Source: Deltaproteobacteria bacterium (GTDB lineage: Bacteria > Myxococcota_A > JAADFL01). From it: a stretch of 64,000 nucleotides of DNA. A program made the translations under genes and the position numbers. The stretch is taken from positions 5,812 to 69,811 of the forward strand of contig JAADFL010000066.1 in NCBI GenBank assembly GCA_013152945.1, in the 5' to 3' direction. Shown in pieces: positions 17,565-27,535 of the stretch. How positions within the stretch are numbered: the first letter of the stretch is position 1; each line of letters opens with the position of its first letter. The notes under the pieces are model-generated. The model worked only from the letters and a program-made list of their open reading frames with translations. It made no database searches and was not told the DNA's origin.

Positions 17565-19751
17565 ATGAAAGCGGGAAACAAGAAAGAAATTACGGTTTTT
17601 GTGCGGCTGGGCGTGATTCCGGCGGTTCTCATGTTGGTTGGCTGCGCCGGTGCCCAAAAGACACGGGTAAAATCATTCGACTATCCGCCTGCAAAAACAA
17701 CTGACGTTGCCGATGACTATCATGGCGTCAAGGTAAAGGATCCATACAGGTGGCTGGAGGATCAGAACTCCAAAGAAACCAAGGCATGGGTGAAAGCAGA
17801 GAACCGGCTGTCAAGGAAGTTTCTGGATGTGCCTGGCCGGAAGAAACTGGTGGAAGAGCTGAAGGGGCTTTGGACCTACCCCAAGTACCACCTGCCTGTA
17901 AAAAGAGGCGGCAGGTATTTTTTCCTCATGAACAAGGGACTTGCAAATCAACCGAAATTGTATGTCAGGAACCACGGACAGGCGGAAAAGGACGCCCGTG
18001 TTCTCGTGGATCCCAACAAGCTTAGTAAAGACGGAACCACGGCGATTACAGGTTTCGAGCCCAGCCGTGACGGAAAGATGTTGGCCTACCTGCTGTCTAG
18101 TAAGGGCTCGGATTGGCAGGAACTCAGGATATTGAACGCGGACAACGGCAGGAACCTTGATGAAGTGCTCAAGTGGTGCAAGTTCACTGGCATTTCATGG
18201 AAAGCGGATGGTTCGGGATTTTTTTACAACAGGTTCCCGAATCCAAAGGATGTCAGGCCCGGGGACAGGAACAGGTTTGCAAAGGTTTATTTTCATAAGC
18301 CGGGCACGCCGCAGGAAAGGGATATACTCGTGTACGAAAGGCCTGATGATGGAGAACTCGGGTTTGATCCAAGAGTGACAGAGGATGGTGATTACCTGGT
18401 GTTGACCGTGTATCGCGGCACCGATCAAAGGACCGGTATCTACTATACGAAGCTCGATGAAAACGGAACGGGCCTGAATGCGTCCGGGCATTGGAGCTTT
18501 ACCAAGCTTTTCGATTTCGGCAAGGCAAGGTACGAGTTCCTGGGCAATAAGAAAGACGTGTTCTATGTACTAACCGACCTGGATGCGCCCAGAAGCAGGA
18601 TTGTCTCGATAAATCTGCACGACAACGAAAAGAAACTCGTGGAATTGGTCCCGCAATCCAAAGATGTACTGCATTTTGCCGTCATGGCCGGGCAGAGGAT
18701 CCTGGCGGTTTACATGCGGGATGCCCATCACCTCGTTAAGAGCTTTGACTTGGGCGGGGATGATTCGAAAGATATTCCATTGCCGGGCATGGGAAGCATA
18801 AGCGGTATTTCCGGTAGGCCCGGGGATGACGAGGCATTCTTTTCTTTTACTTCGTTCCTGAGGCCGAACTCTGTTTTCAGGCTGGATGTCTCCGGGAATA
18901 AGTCCGAATTATTCCTGGGTCCCAAGCCGCCACTCGATCCCGCGGGATTCGTAACAAAGGAGGTCTTCTACAAGTCAAAAGACGGCACAAGGGTCCACAT
19001 GTTCCTGGTTTACAGGAAGGGCATAAAGCCGGACGGTCGAAACCCGGTTTTGCTGTACGGTTACGGTGGATTCGATATCAGCATTACTCCATATTTTTCA
19101 GTGTACCGTTTGCCGTGGCTCGAGGCGGGCGGGATATTTGCCGTGGCGAACCTGCGCGGCGGCGGTGAATACGGCGAGGAATGGCACAAGGCCGGGATGC
19201 TGAAGAATAAGCAGAATGTTTTTGATGACTTTATCTCAGCCGCGGAGTGGTTGATTGCGAATCACTACACGTCCAGGGACAAGCTGGCGATAATGGGCGG
19301 CAGCAACGGCGGGCTTCTTACGGCGGCATGCCTCGTGCAGAGGCCGGATCTTTTCGGTGCTGTGGTGTCCATCGTGCCCGTCATCGACATGCTTCGGTAC
19401 CAGAAGTTCTCGGTAGGTCATTTTTGGATTCCCGAGTACGGTGACGCAGAGGCGAGCAGGAGTGACTTCGATGTTCTGATAAAATACTCTCCTCTACACA
19501 ATATCAAAAAGGGTGTGGCATACCCTCCGACCCTTATATTGACGGCGGACCACGATGACCGGGTGGTTCCCATGCATGGCAAAAAATTCGCGGCTGCATT
19601 GCAGGCTGCGGACAAGGGGGGCGGACCGATCCTGCTCTTTGTCGAGACCGCCGCGGGTCATGGAGGCGGAAAGCCTGTTTCCAAGAGGGTGGGCGAGTAC
19701 GCCGACATTTTGATGTTCCTGGCCAGGTTCCTGAAAGTAACTTTCCCATAG
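17565..19751 (+). CDS. Prolyl oligopeptidase (S9A family), lipoprotein or secreted
   Basis: 728 aa. Signal/lipobox LMLVGCAGA. N-terminal beta-propeller. C-terminal alpha/beta hydrolase with GGSNGGLL (catalytic Ser) and DHDDRV ... H triad context. Confidence 0.88.
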   Translation: MKAGNKKEITVFVRLGVIPAVLMLVGCAGAQKTRVKSFDYPPAKTTDVADDYHGVKVKDPYRWLEDQNSKETKAWVKAENRLSRKFLDVPGRKKLVEELKGLWTYPKYHLPVKRGGRYFFLMNKGLANQPKLYVRNHGQAEKDARVLVDPNKLSKDGTTAITGFEPSRDGKMLAYLLSSKGSDWQELRILNADNGRNLDEVLKWCKFTGISWKADGSGFFYNRFPNPKDVRPGDRNRFAKVYFHKPGTPQERDILVYERPDDGELGFDPRVTEDGDYLVLTVYRGTDQRTGIYYTKLDENGTGLNASGHWSFTKLFDFGKARYEFLGNKKDVFYVLTDLDAPRSRIVSINLHDNEKKLVELVPQSKDVLHFAVMAGQRILAVYMRDAHHLVKSFDLGGDDSKDIPLPGMGSISGISGRPGDDEAFFSFTSFLRPNSVFRLDVSGNKSELFLGPKPPLDPAGFVTKEVFYKSKDGTRVHMFLVYRKGIKPDGRNPVLLYGYGGFDISITPYFSVYRLPWLEAGGIFAVANLRGGGEYGEEWHKAGMLKNKQNVFDDFISAAEWLIANHYTSRDKLAIMGGSNGGLLTAACLVQRPDLFGAVVSIVPVIDMLRYQKFSVGHFWIPEYGDAEASRSDFDVLIKYSPLHNIKKGVAYPPTLILTADHDDRVVPMHGKKFAAALQAADKGGGPILLFVETAAGHGGGKPVSKRVGEYADILMFLARFLKVTFP

Positions 19752-19801
19752 GGGAGTGGACGCAACCCGGCTGGATGCGGATAATAGTATCCGCAATGCC
19801 T

Positions 19802-20704
19802 CTAGTTATCATCTCCTGTTTCCAGATCCTCTTTGACTTTGAAAGAATAATCAATGATCTTCTTTACTTGTTCCGGGTTCATGTTCATAGCATAGAAGAT
19901 TTTGAGCTTGTCTTGCGACAGGGAAGTTGCCGGCCGGCCGATTCCGGCATGCACGCTGCACATGTCTGCGATCGCGACTGCCGCAGCCATCTGATTCAGC
20001 GAACCCTTTTGGAAGGGCTCGTGGTGCAGCCTGACCGAGTTGGAGATTATGGGCGGAAGGTCCCATGTTTCCACCACGCCGGCCCCTATGGCTGCATGAT
20101 TTCTCTCGAGTGCATAGTACAACAGCTCAGGTTCCGGCAAGGGACGTTTCTTCTTCTTTGCCCAGTCTGCAACAATACCGAATGCTATGGCCTTGCCGAC
20201 GTCATGCAGAAGTCCGCACAGGAAAGCCATGTTTTTTTCTATAAAGAGCATGGAGCAAACCTCTCTTGCCAGGATTGCAACCGACCTGGCGTGAGCCATC
20301 TCTGCGTTCAAGACCGGCTGGTATTCCTTGACTCTGAAAAGTCTCGCCTCGGAAACCACCTGAAAGGAGATGTCTCTGATCCTGACCAGCCCGAGCCTTG
20401 CAACGGCAGTCTTGAGCGAGCGGACCTCGGTGCCCCTGGAAAAAAGAGCGCTGTTGGCGATTTTAACTATCTTTGCCGTCATTGCCTGGTCCATTGAGAG
20501 CACTTTTTCAACCTGGTTGAAGTTGGTCTTGGGATCATTTGCCAGTCTCATCAGGTCCTGCGCCACCCTCGGCAGCATTGGTGGTTTATAGCCGGGTGAT
20601 TGAATACTCCGGACTATGAGCTGGCGCAACTTGGATTCAACTACCAATTCATCCGGTGCACCATCCGAAACCTTGGCGCCTGCCGTTTCAGTCCTGTCTT
20701 TCAT
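19802..20704 (-). CDS. HDOD-domain signalling protein
   Basis: 300 aa. HD-related output domain pattern (LPPMLPRVAQDLMRL..., HDVGKAIAF, RLHHEP). Confidence 0.78.
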   Translation of the reverse strand: MKDRTETAGAKVSDGAPDELVVESKLRQLIVRSIQSPGYKPPMLPRVAQDLMRLANDPKTNFNQVEKVLSMDQAMTAKIVKIANSALFSRGTEVRSLKTAVARLGLVRIRDISFQVVSEARLFRVKEYQPVLNAEMAHARSVAILAREVCSMLFIEKNMAFLCGLLHDVGKAIAFGIVADWAKKKKRPLPEPELLYYALERNHAAIGAGVVETWDLPPIISNSVRLHHEPFQKGSLNQMAAAVAIADMCSVHAGIGRPATSLSQDKLKIFYAMNMNPEQVKKIIDYSFKVKEDLETGDDN

Positions 20705-20899
20705 TTCTCCACCTTGTTCTCTTGTTCGTGTTTCCTGCTTGACGGGCCTTTCGGGTGATTTTTAAAACAGCTATCAAGGAATACCGTTCTTTGCTCTCTT
20801 TTCATATTTTTATACCTGGTTATCCATATCGGCCGGTTTCGGCATTACTTTAGAGTCGTTGACACCCGGTCCCTGCCTTGGTACCAACGTGTTTGGAGC

Positions 20900-23800
20900 A
20901 TGTATCGGATGGAAGACGTATCACTATCTGTTGCAGCAAGTTACAAGCGCATGCTTGTAAACCTCGATAAGATCAGGCAGAGGCTTGTGGCCGGTCTTGC
21001 CGTAACGATTCTTTCAGACCTGGCGCTGGTTGTATCGGTTTTTGCAATCACCGGCACATTGTTGCACCTGGCCTATAATTTGAATCCTCCCGCGCCTGTG
21101 CGGGCGATTCTCTCTTTTGCCATGGCCTTGTGTTTATTGATCGTATTCGTGTTCGGCCTGAGAAAGGGCTTGGGCAAGAGGCCGGACATGCGGACCGCGG
21201 CTGAAGTTGTGGCGCGAAAGGTCCCGCAGATCGACTCGGACTGCCTTTCCAGCATTGAACTGTTCAGGCAGGACCCGGCGAACCTTTCAGACGATACCAG
21301 GATATTCGTAAACATGCTGTTCCAGAGGACGGCCCGGGCCTCGGATGAGCTGGATCCCGGGGCACTGGTGCCCTTCGACAAGGTCCGCTTGCATGCAGGT
21401 GCGGCGGTCGTTGCATTATCTTTGTACATCGGCCTTGCATTGCTGTTGAATGTGAACCAGGCATCCATGTGGCATTCCGTCCTGTACCCGTTCAAGGCTG
21501 TTGCCGAATCCGGCCCCGTCGATTTTCAGGGCATGCTTGGGGACATGGAGGCAAGACTGGATTATCCTGATTATACCGGCCTTCCCTCGCGAATCCTAAA
21601 GGGCACGGATGGCAACCTCGTAGTTCCCGTTGGTACGAGAGTGACGCTTTCGGCCCGGACGGCAATTCCATTGAAAAAGGCCGGGCTGATTCTTCCCGGA
21701 GGCGACAAGCGGGCAATATCGATCGACGGTTCGAAACGAGGGCTCAAGGTGTCTTTCGTGGCCTTGAAGCAAGGTAATTACAAGGTGGCGGCCACATCCT
21801 ACGATGGACGCAAGATGGTGGAGAGCAGGGGTCACAGGCTGTACCTGGTCCCGGATCGCGTGCCGAACGTGGAAATCCTGAAGCCGCTTTCAGGCAAGGA
21901 GGTGCAACAAGACGACATGCTTCAGATAGATTTCAGGGCGGACGACGATTACGGCATTTCGCGGGTCGACCTGGTCATGCGGCGCCGGGGGGCTTCGGGG
22001 CCGGGCAAGGAACAACGTCGCAAGCTGATGGAGTACGAACGCAGGCCCAGGGAGGTGCACAGGAGCCTGGAGTTCGACCTGGCCAAGGTCGAGCTTGAAC
22101 CCGGAGATGACATAGTGTTCTACCTGGAGGTGTTCGACAGTGATTCAGTCAATGGTCCCAAGAGTGGAAGGTCGAACAGCATCGTATTGAAGGTGTACTC
22201 TCCAAGAAACCGGCATGAGCAATACATTACAGACCAGGAAGAATTAAGGGAATTGGCGCTGAAGCTCCTGGCCGGCGTGCTGGAACAGGAACAGGGAATA
22301 CACGGCAAAAATAGGCTGGAAGACCCGACAGGTCCTGCCAGGCTGGTGCAGAGCATTAATGTGCTCACAGACAGGATGGCCCAGGTTATTAGAGATTCTG
22401 CAAAGGATCCGCTCAAGGACGATACCGCCATACAGGTAATAAGGAGGTTTGCAGCCAGGCTGAAAAACAAGGCGACCCTGGGTGCAGCGCTGGCCACGCG
22501 CTCGGCGAAATCGAAGACCCTGGCAGCGGATTACTTCAGGTTTCTTCTTTCCCTCGATCCGGTGGTGGAGAAGGGAATAATCGACATGACGGATTCACTG
22601 GACAGGCAGAGGTACGACCAGGCCCTTGCCTCGGCCGAGGACCTGCGCCATGCAGAGGCGAAGTTGAAGGAATTGTTGAAGCAATACATGGAGAACAAAG
22701 ATCCTGCGGTAAAGGCCAGGTTGCGCGCCGAAATAGAAAAGTTGAAGAGGAGGTTGGCGCAGGTCTTGTCTCAACTGGCCAGGACCACCCACCAGGTGGC
22801 GGATGAATTCCTTAACCCGGACGCATTGGAATCCAGGGACATGCTGTCCTTGCTCGGTAAGCTGGACAAAGCATTGAACCAGGGTGACGAGCAGGGCGCG
22901 CGCCGGGCCATGGACGATTTCGAAAGAGAGCTGGAAAACACCCTGGCAATGTTGGAGGCAGGGTCGGCAACTTTGGCTGATGCCAAGTTCAAAGATGCAT
23001 TTGACAAGATGGAAGAGATATCTTCCGAATTGGCTGAACTGGAGGGAGGCGAGAGGGAGGTCTCACAAAGACTTGACGACCTTGTCGAGTCGTATAGGAA
23101 GAAGGCGTTGCCCAAGGGACAAGATGCTTGGAAGAAAGAAATGGCAAGGCTCGCTAAGATGGCCGGGAACCTGGTGGAAAAAATCGAAAAATTAGGTTCC
23201 CGGGCCGGCGATATCGGTGCATATCCCCTCTATAGTGCGAGGGAAAGGGCCTCGTTGCTGCATACACAAATACGTGTGGGCCAGGTGGTGGATGCCATAA
23301 AGACCGCCAGGGATACGATGGAGGATATCGAGTTGTTCAGGGAGGCCCTTGGGCAAAAGGGAATGCTGGGGCTTAGGGCTCTTTCAGACACGAACTGGTC
23401 TGTGCTGGACAGGCAAAGCGGTGATGCAGCGGAATTGGCGGAAAAGATCCTTCGTGCACTTGAAAAACTCAAGCCTGCTCCGGCGTCCAAGGTCCTGTCT
23501 GCAAAAGAGAAGTCCATGGCGGGCGAATTAAAAAAAGGCCAGGTTTCGTACAAGAAACGGGCGACAAAATTGAGCAGCGAGATGATGAAGTTGATTTCCA
23601 GGCTTCCGGGTATAGGCGAGGAACCCCTTGCCCAGCTTTCACAGGCAAGGTACGAGATGTCTTCGGCCCAACGTGAATTGGCTAAACTGGGGTTGAAAGA
23701 CGCAAGGGACTCGGTGGAGAGGGTTGTCGACAGGTTGGCCCGGGCCAGGACGGCACTTCAGAATCTCAGGCAGTCCATGCAGATGGGGGTTGCCCGGTCC

Positions 23801-23974
23801 GGAGGCAGGGTGAGACCCGGTTCCGGCCGGTTCGAAAAGGTCAACATCCCGAGGCCCGAGGACTACCGCGTTCCAAAAGAATTCAGGGAAGACCTGCTGG
23901 AGGCAATGAAGCGGCCCGCACCCAAGGAATACAAGGAAATGATAAAGAAATACTATGAGGAGCTCGTGAAGTGA
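20900..23974 (+). CDS. Large membrane-anchored coiled-coil protein, DUF4175-like. First gene of the MoxR/vWA operon.
   Basis: 1024 aa. Two N-terminal TM helices, then a long Glu/Lys/Ala-rich coiled-coil region. Family assignment is from memory of the MoxR-DUF58-BatA neighbourhood, not from a search. Confidence 0.5.
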   Translation: MYRMEDVSLSVAASYKRMLVNLDKIRQRLVAGLAVTILSDLALVVSVFAITGTLLHLAYNLNPPAPVRAILSFAMALCLLIVFVFGLRKGLGKRPDMRTAAEVVARKVPQIDSDCLSSIELFRQDPANLSDDTRIFVNMLFQRTARASDELDPGALVPFDKVRLHAGAAVVALSLYIGLALLLNVNQASMWHSVLYPFKAVAESGPVDFQGMLGDMEARLDYPDYTGLPSRILKGTDGNLVVPVGTRVTLSARTAIPLKKAGLILPGGDKRAISIDGSKRGLKVSFVALKQGNYKVAATSYDGRKMVESRGHRLYLVPDRVPNVEILKPLSGKEVQQDDMLQIDFRADDDYGISRVDLVMRRRGASGPGKEQRRKLMEYERRPREVHRSLEFDLAKVELEPGDDIVFYLEVFDSDSVNGPKSGRSNSIVLKVYSPRNRHEQYITDQEELRELALKLLAGVLEQEQGIHGKNRLEDPTGPARLVQSINVLTDRMAQVIRDSAKDPLKDDTAIQVIRRFAARLKNKATLGAALATRSAKSKTLAADYFRFLLSLDPVVEKGIIDMTDSLDRQRYDQALASAEDLRHAEAKLKELLKQYMENKDPAVKARLRAEIEKLKRRLAQVLSQLARTTHQVADEFLNPDALESRDMLSLLGKLDKALNQGDEQGARRAMDDFERELENTLAMLEAGSATLADAKFKDAFDKMEEISSELAELEGGEREVSQRLDDLVESYRKKALPKGQDAWKKEMARLAKMAGNLVEKIEKLGSRAGDIGAYPLYSARERASLLHTQIRVGQVVDAIKTARDTMEDIELFREALGQKGMLGLRALSDTNWSVLDRQSGDAAELAEKILRALEKLKPAPASKVLSAKEKSMAGELKKGQVSYKKRATKLSSEMMKLISRLPGIGEEPLAQLSQARYEMSSAQRELAKLGLKDARDSVERVVDRLARARTALQNLRQSMQMGVARSGGRVRPGSGRFEKVNIPRPEDYRVPKEFREDLLEAMKRPAPKEYKEMIKKYYEELVK

Positions 23975-25566
23975 AGGCAGGATACGGCGTTGCTTTTTGC
24001 CTGGCTCTTTGGTCATGGATTTGTCCTTCGGGTGTTGTCACACCTGCCGCGGGTTCGGCGCCGGAACATCAATTCTCCGCACTGAACAAGCTGTTGGATC
24101 AATGGCAGGTTGAAGAAGCGGATCACCTGATACGAAGGTTCCTTAAAAATAAAAGATCCGGCAAGCAGGCCCGGTATCTGGCCGCCAGGCTGTTCTTCCT
24201 GGAGGGGGACTACGAGAAGTCTCTGTCGTACCTGAAGAGAGCGGGGCTGAAAAATTCGGACCGTTTCTACAAGCTGGTTTCCGGCACGCTGGATGAAACA
24301 AGAGGCATGGAACCGGTCGAGTCGGAACGATACAGGTTTCTCGTGAAGTCCGGGTCGCCCGACAGTATCCTGGTTCCTTATGCCGTACAGGCCTTGGACG
24401 CGCAGGTAAAGGCCTTGTCCCTGGACCTTGGCTGGACCCCGCCCAAGATAATCAGAATTGAAATAGCGGAAAACCTGGAGGGACTTTCAAGGTTGACCGG
24501 TCTATCCGTGCAGGCCATCAAGACATCCGGAACCATTGCCGTCGCAAAGTACAACAAGCTTATGGTCACCACACCCAGGGCTTTGCTCAAGGGTTACAGG
24601 TGGGTGCGTACTGTGTGCCATGAATTGACCCACATGGCCTTGAGCCAGGTGAGCCTCAACAAGGCGCCTCTCTGGTTGCAGGAGGGCCTTGCAAAGACAT
24701 TGGAGGGCAGGTACAGGCGGCATGTGAAGGACCTTCTGAAACTGGACAGGTACTCCGAGCATGTCTTGGCACTGGCATTGAGTTCAGGTAAATTACTGTC
24801 TTTCTCCAAGTTGAGGCCTTCTTTTGCCTACCTGCCGAGCCGGGAATCCATGATGCTTGCGTTTGCACAGGTCAAGACCCTGGTGGGCATGTTGATCAGG
24901 GACAAGGGAATGGCGGGAATCAGGGAGTTCCTGTCCATGCTTGCATCGGGTGTTGGAGAAGACAGCGCACTCGTCAAGGTGTACAAGGCGGACTTCAATG
25001 GCCTTTTAAACAGGTGGAAGACATACGTCAACGGGCTTGGGCTGAAGACGGTGCCGGGCCTTGTGCAGGATTTCGCCCTGGAGTTTGCAAAAAAGGGCGT
25101 TGACCCGGACAAGCACGAACAATCAATGATTTCGGAAAAAAGAGTCAAGAACCATCTTTTGCTCGGAGACATGCTTTTCAAGAGAGAGAGGGTTGTGGCT
25201 GCGGCGGTTGAGTACGAGAGAGCCGACAAGGCAAGCAACAGGATTTACCCCCTTGTCAAAAGAAGGCTGGCAAGAGCCCTGGCCGAGTCGGACAGAATAT
25301 CCAGGGCCGTGAAGTTGCTGGACCAGGGGCTCGAGTTTTCTCCCCATGATCCTTCATTGCTTGTAGACAGGGGATTGCTGGCATTGCAGCAAGGAGATGA
25401 TCGAACCGCGGCAAGGCTCATGGAATCCGCGGTCAGGGTCAGCCCGTTCGACCCGGTTCCTCATCGAGCATTGATGGGAATATACTCCCGTGCAGGTGAT
25501 ATCGCCAGGAGAGACAGGGAAAGACATGTGCTTGGCATTTTGGTTTCCAGGCTGGAGGAAAGATGA
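23971..25566 (+). CDS. Exported TPR-repeat protein with a gluzincin-like HExxH...E motif
   Basis: GTG start overlaps the upstream stop (GTGA). Signal-like N-terminus. VCHELTHMALSQVS...LWLQEGLA is an HExxH plus downstream Glu arrangement. Several TPR repeats at both ends. Confidence 0.5.
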   Translation: MKAGYGVAFCLALWSWICPSGVVTPAAGSAPEHQFSALNKLLDQWQVEEADHLIRRFLKNKRSGKQARYLAARLFFLEGDYEKSLSYLKRAGLKNSDRFYKLVSGTLDETRGMEPVESERYRFLVKSGSPDSILVPYAVQALDAQVKALSLDLGWTPPKIIRIEIAENLEGLSRLTGLSVQAIKTSGTIAVAKYNKLMVTTPRALLKGYRWVRTVCHELTHMALSQVSLNKAPLWLQEGLAKTLEGRYRRHVKDLLKLDRYSEHVLALALSSGKLLSFSKLRPSFAYLPSRESMMLAFAQVKTLVGMLIRDKGMAGIREFLSMLASGVGEDSALVKVYKADFNGLLNRWKTYVNGLGLKTVPGLVQDFALEFAKKGVDPDKHEQSMISEKRVKNHLLLGDMLFKRERVVAAAVEYERADKASNRIYPLVKRRLARALAESDRISRAVKLLDQGLEFSPHDPSLLVDRGLLALQQGDDRTAARLMESAVRVSPFDPVPHRALMGIYSRAGDIARRDRERHVLGILVSRLEER

Positions 25567-26594
25567 GTAATGACGATCATGGATCGATGGCCGGCGAAAG
25601 AGCTGATGAGCTTGTGGGCAAAGACACCGTGGAGCAGGCCGCCAGGGCGGCTGAGCAGATCAAGGCCGAGGTGGGCAAGAAGATAGTGGGTCAAGACAAG
25701 GTAATCGAACACCTTCTGATAGCCTTGTTGGCAAAGGGGCATTGCCTTTTTGTCGGCGTGCCCGGGCTTGCCAAGACAATGCTCGTGGAGACATTGGCAA
25801 AGGTGTTGGACCTCACGTTTCAGAGGATACAGTTCACACCCGACCTGATGCCGGGCGATATTACGGGCGCAGAGGTCCTGGAGGAAGACAAGGACACCGG
25901 CCGAAGACGATTCAGGTTCCTGAAGGGACCGGTGTTCTGTCACCTCCTGCTTGCCGACGAAGTGAACAGGACTCCGCCCAAGACGCAAGCCGCATTGTTG
26001 CAATCCATGCAGGAATACAGGGTGACCGCAGGTGGACGGACCTATGACCTTCCCATGCCTTTTCACGTGTTCGCCACGCAGAATCCGATCGAGCAGGAAG
26101 GCACATATCCTTTGCCCGAGGCCCAACTGGACAGGTTTATGCTGATGATCGGAGTGGATTATCCGGACATGGAGGAAGAAATCGAAATAGTGAAGCGAAC
26201 CACTGCTGCACGGGAACCGGAATTGAAGTCAGTGCTTGGTCCTGAACGAATAATGGAATTACAAAGTCTTGTGAGAGAAATTCCTGCCGCGGAAAACGTT
26301 GTCAGGTACGCGGTGGAGCTGGTCAGGGCGTCCAGGCCGGGCGAACAATCCGCGCCCCAGGCTGTGAAGGACTATCTTACCTGGGGAGCAGGGCCGAGGG
26401 CCTCACAGTTCCTGATCCTTGCTGCAAAGGCAAGAGCTCTTTTGAAAGGCAGAACCGCTGCAAGGAGGGAGGACATCAGGAGTCTTTTGGGTCCGGTTTT
26501 GAGGCACAGGCTGATAACCAACTTCCAGGCCGAGGCCAAGGGAATCTCACCCATGGATGTGATCAACCGGTTGGTGGAATCCGTCGGAGGATAG
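25563..26594 (+). CDS. MoxR-family AAA+ ATPase
   Basis: Walker A GVPGLAKT. Walker B LLADEVNR. Sensor regions FHVFATQNP.E. ATG overlaps the upstream stop (ATGA). Confidence 0.9.
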   Translation: MSNDDHGSMAGERADELVGKDTVEQAARAAEQIKAEVGKKIVGQDKVIEHLLIALLAKGHCLFVGVPGLAKTMLVETLAKVLDLTFQRIQFTPDLMPGDITGAEVLEEDKDTGRRRFRFLKGPVFCHLLLADEVNRTPPKTQAALLQSMQEYRVTAGGRTYDLPMPFHVFATQNPIEQEGTYPLPEAQLDRFMLMIGVDYPDMEEEIEIVKRTTAAREPELKSVLGPERIMELQSLVREIPAAENVVRYAVELVRASRPGEQSAPQAVKDYLTWGAGPRASQFLILAAKARALLKGRTAARREDIRSLLGPVLRHRLITNFQAEAKGISPMDVINRLVESVGG

Positions 26595-26596
26595 GG

Positions 26597-27535
26597 ATGA
26601 CCCTGGATGCGTTCAGCACACATGGCCTGCTCGATGCGGATACTATTGCCAAGATTTCCGGTTTCGAGTTGAAGGTCAAGGCGGTTGTAGACGGAACCTT
26701 GTCCGGAATTCACAAGAGCCCTCACAGGGGGCAGAGCGTCGAGTTTGCCGAACACAAGGAGTATTCACCCGGTGACGATGTAAAGACCTTGGACTGGAAG
26801 GTTTTTGCAAGATCGGACAGGTTTTTTGTAAAGGAGTTCGAGGCTGAAACCAACTTGAGGGCGTACCTGCTCATGGACGTGAGCGGGTCCATGGGCTTCG
26901 GCACCGGTTCCATGACAAAGCTCGAGTACTCGAGCCTGCTTGCCGCATCCTTAAGTTACCTGTTGTTGAAACAGGGCGATGCGGTCATGTTGGCGACTTT
27001 TTCCAGGGGTATTACATCGCACACGGCCTGCAGGACCGGCGGCGCCCACTTGCAGAGCTTGCTTTCAGCCATTGCGTCGCTCAAGGCCGGGGGAGGGACA
27101 TCCCTGCCGGACGCAGTGGCCCAGGTGTTCGAATTGGCCCGCAGGCGCAGCCTGGTGGTCATGATATCCGACATGCTGGATTCGGATGAAACCTGGCTGG
27201 ACGGCCTGGCCGGACTGAAGGCGAAAGGGCACAATCTTGCAGCCATCCAGGTTCTCGACCCGGCGGAACTGGATTTTCCTTACAACGGTCCGAGGATGTT
27301 CGAGGATCCGGAAGGCCGGACCCGGGTAACGGCCGATGCGGATGCAGTCAGGGAGGGCTACCTGGAAGAGCTGGACATGTACCTTGCAAGGATAGGCAGG
27401 AGGTGCAGTGACCTTGGTGCAGAGCATATTGTCGCGGTCACGAATTCACCACCGGCAGGGGTGCTGCTGGACTTATTGTCAAGGGCCGAGGCCGGGCGGG
27501 GCAGGCCGGGTACTTCGCACCGGAGTGTGCGATGA
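26597..27535 (+). CDS. DUF58 domain protein (vWA-like partner of MoxR)
   Basis: HKEYSPGDDVKTLDWKVFARSDRFFVKEFE is the DUF58 signature. Degenerate vWA fold follows. Confidence 0.8.
   Translation: MTLDAFSTHGLLDADTIAKISGFELKVKAVVDGTLSGIHKSPHRGQSVEFAEHKEYSPGDDVKTLDWKVFARSDRFFVKEFEAETNLRAYLLMDVSGSMGFGTGSMTKLEYSSLLAASLSYLLLKQGDAVMLATFSRGITSHTACRTGGAHLQSLLSAIASLKAGGGTSLPDAVAQVFELARRRSLVVMISDMLDSDETWLDGLAGLKAKGHNLAAIQVLDPAELDFPYNGPRMFEDPEGRTRVTADADAVREGYLEELDMYLARIGRRCSDLGAEHIVAVTNSPPAGVLLDLLSRAEAGRGRPGTSHRSVR

Noticed and set aside
19775-20497. 240-aa plus-strand ORF
   Set aside because: It is antisense to the HDOD gene and has no motifs.
25461-26126. 221-aa minus-strand ORF
   Set aside because: It is antisense to the MoxR ATPase gene.
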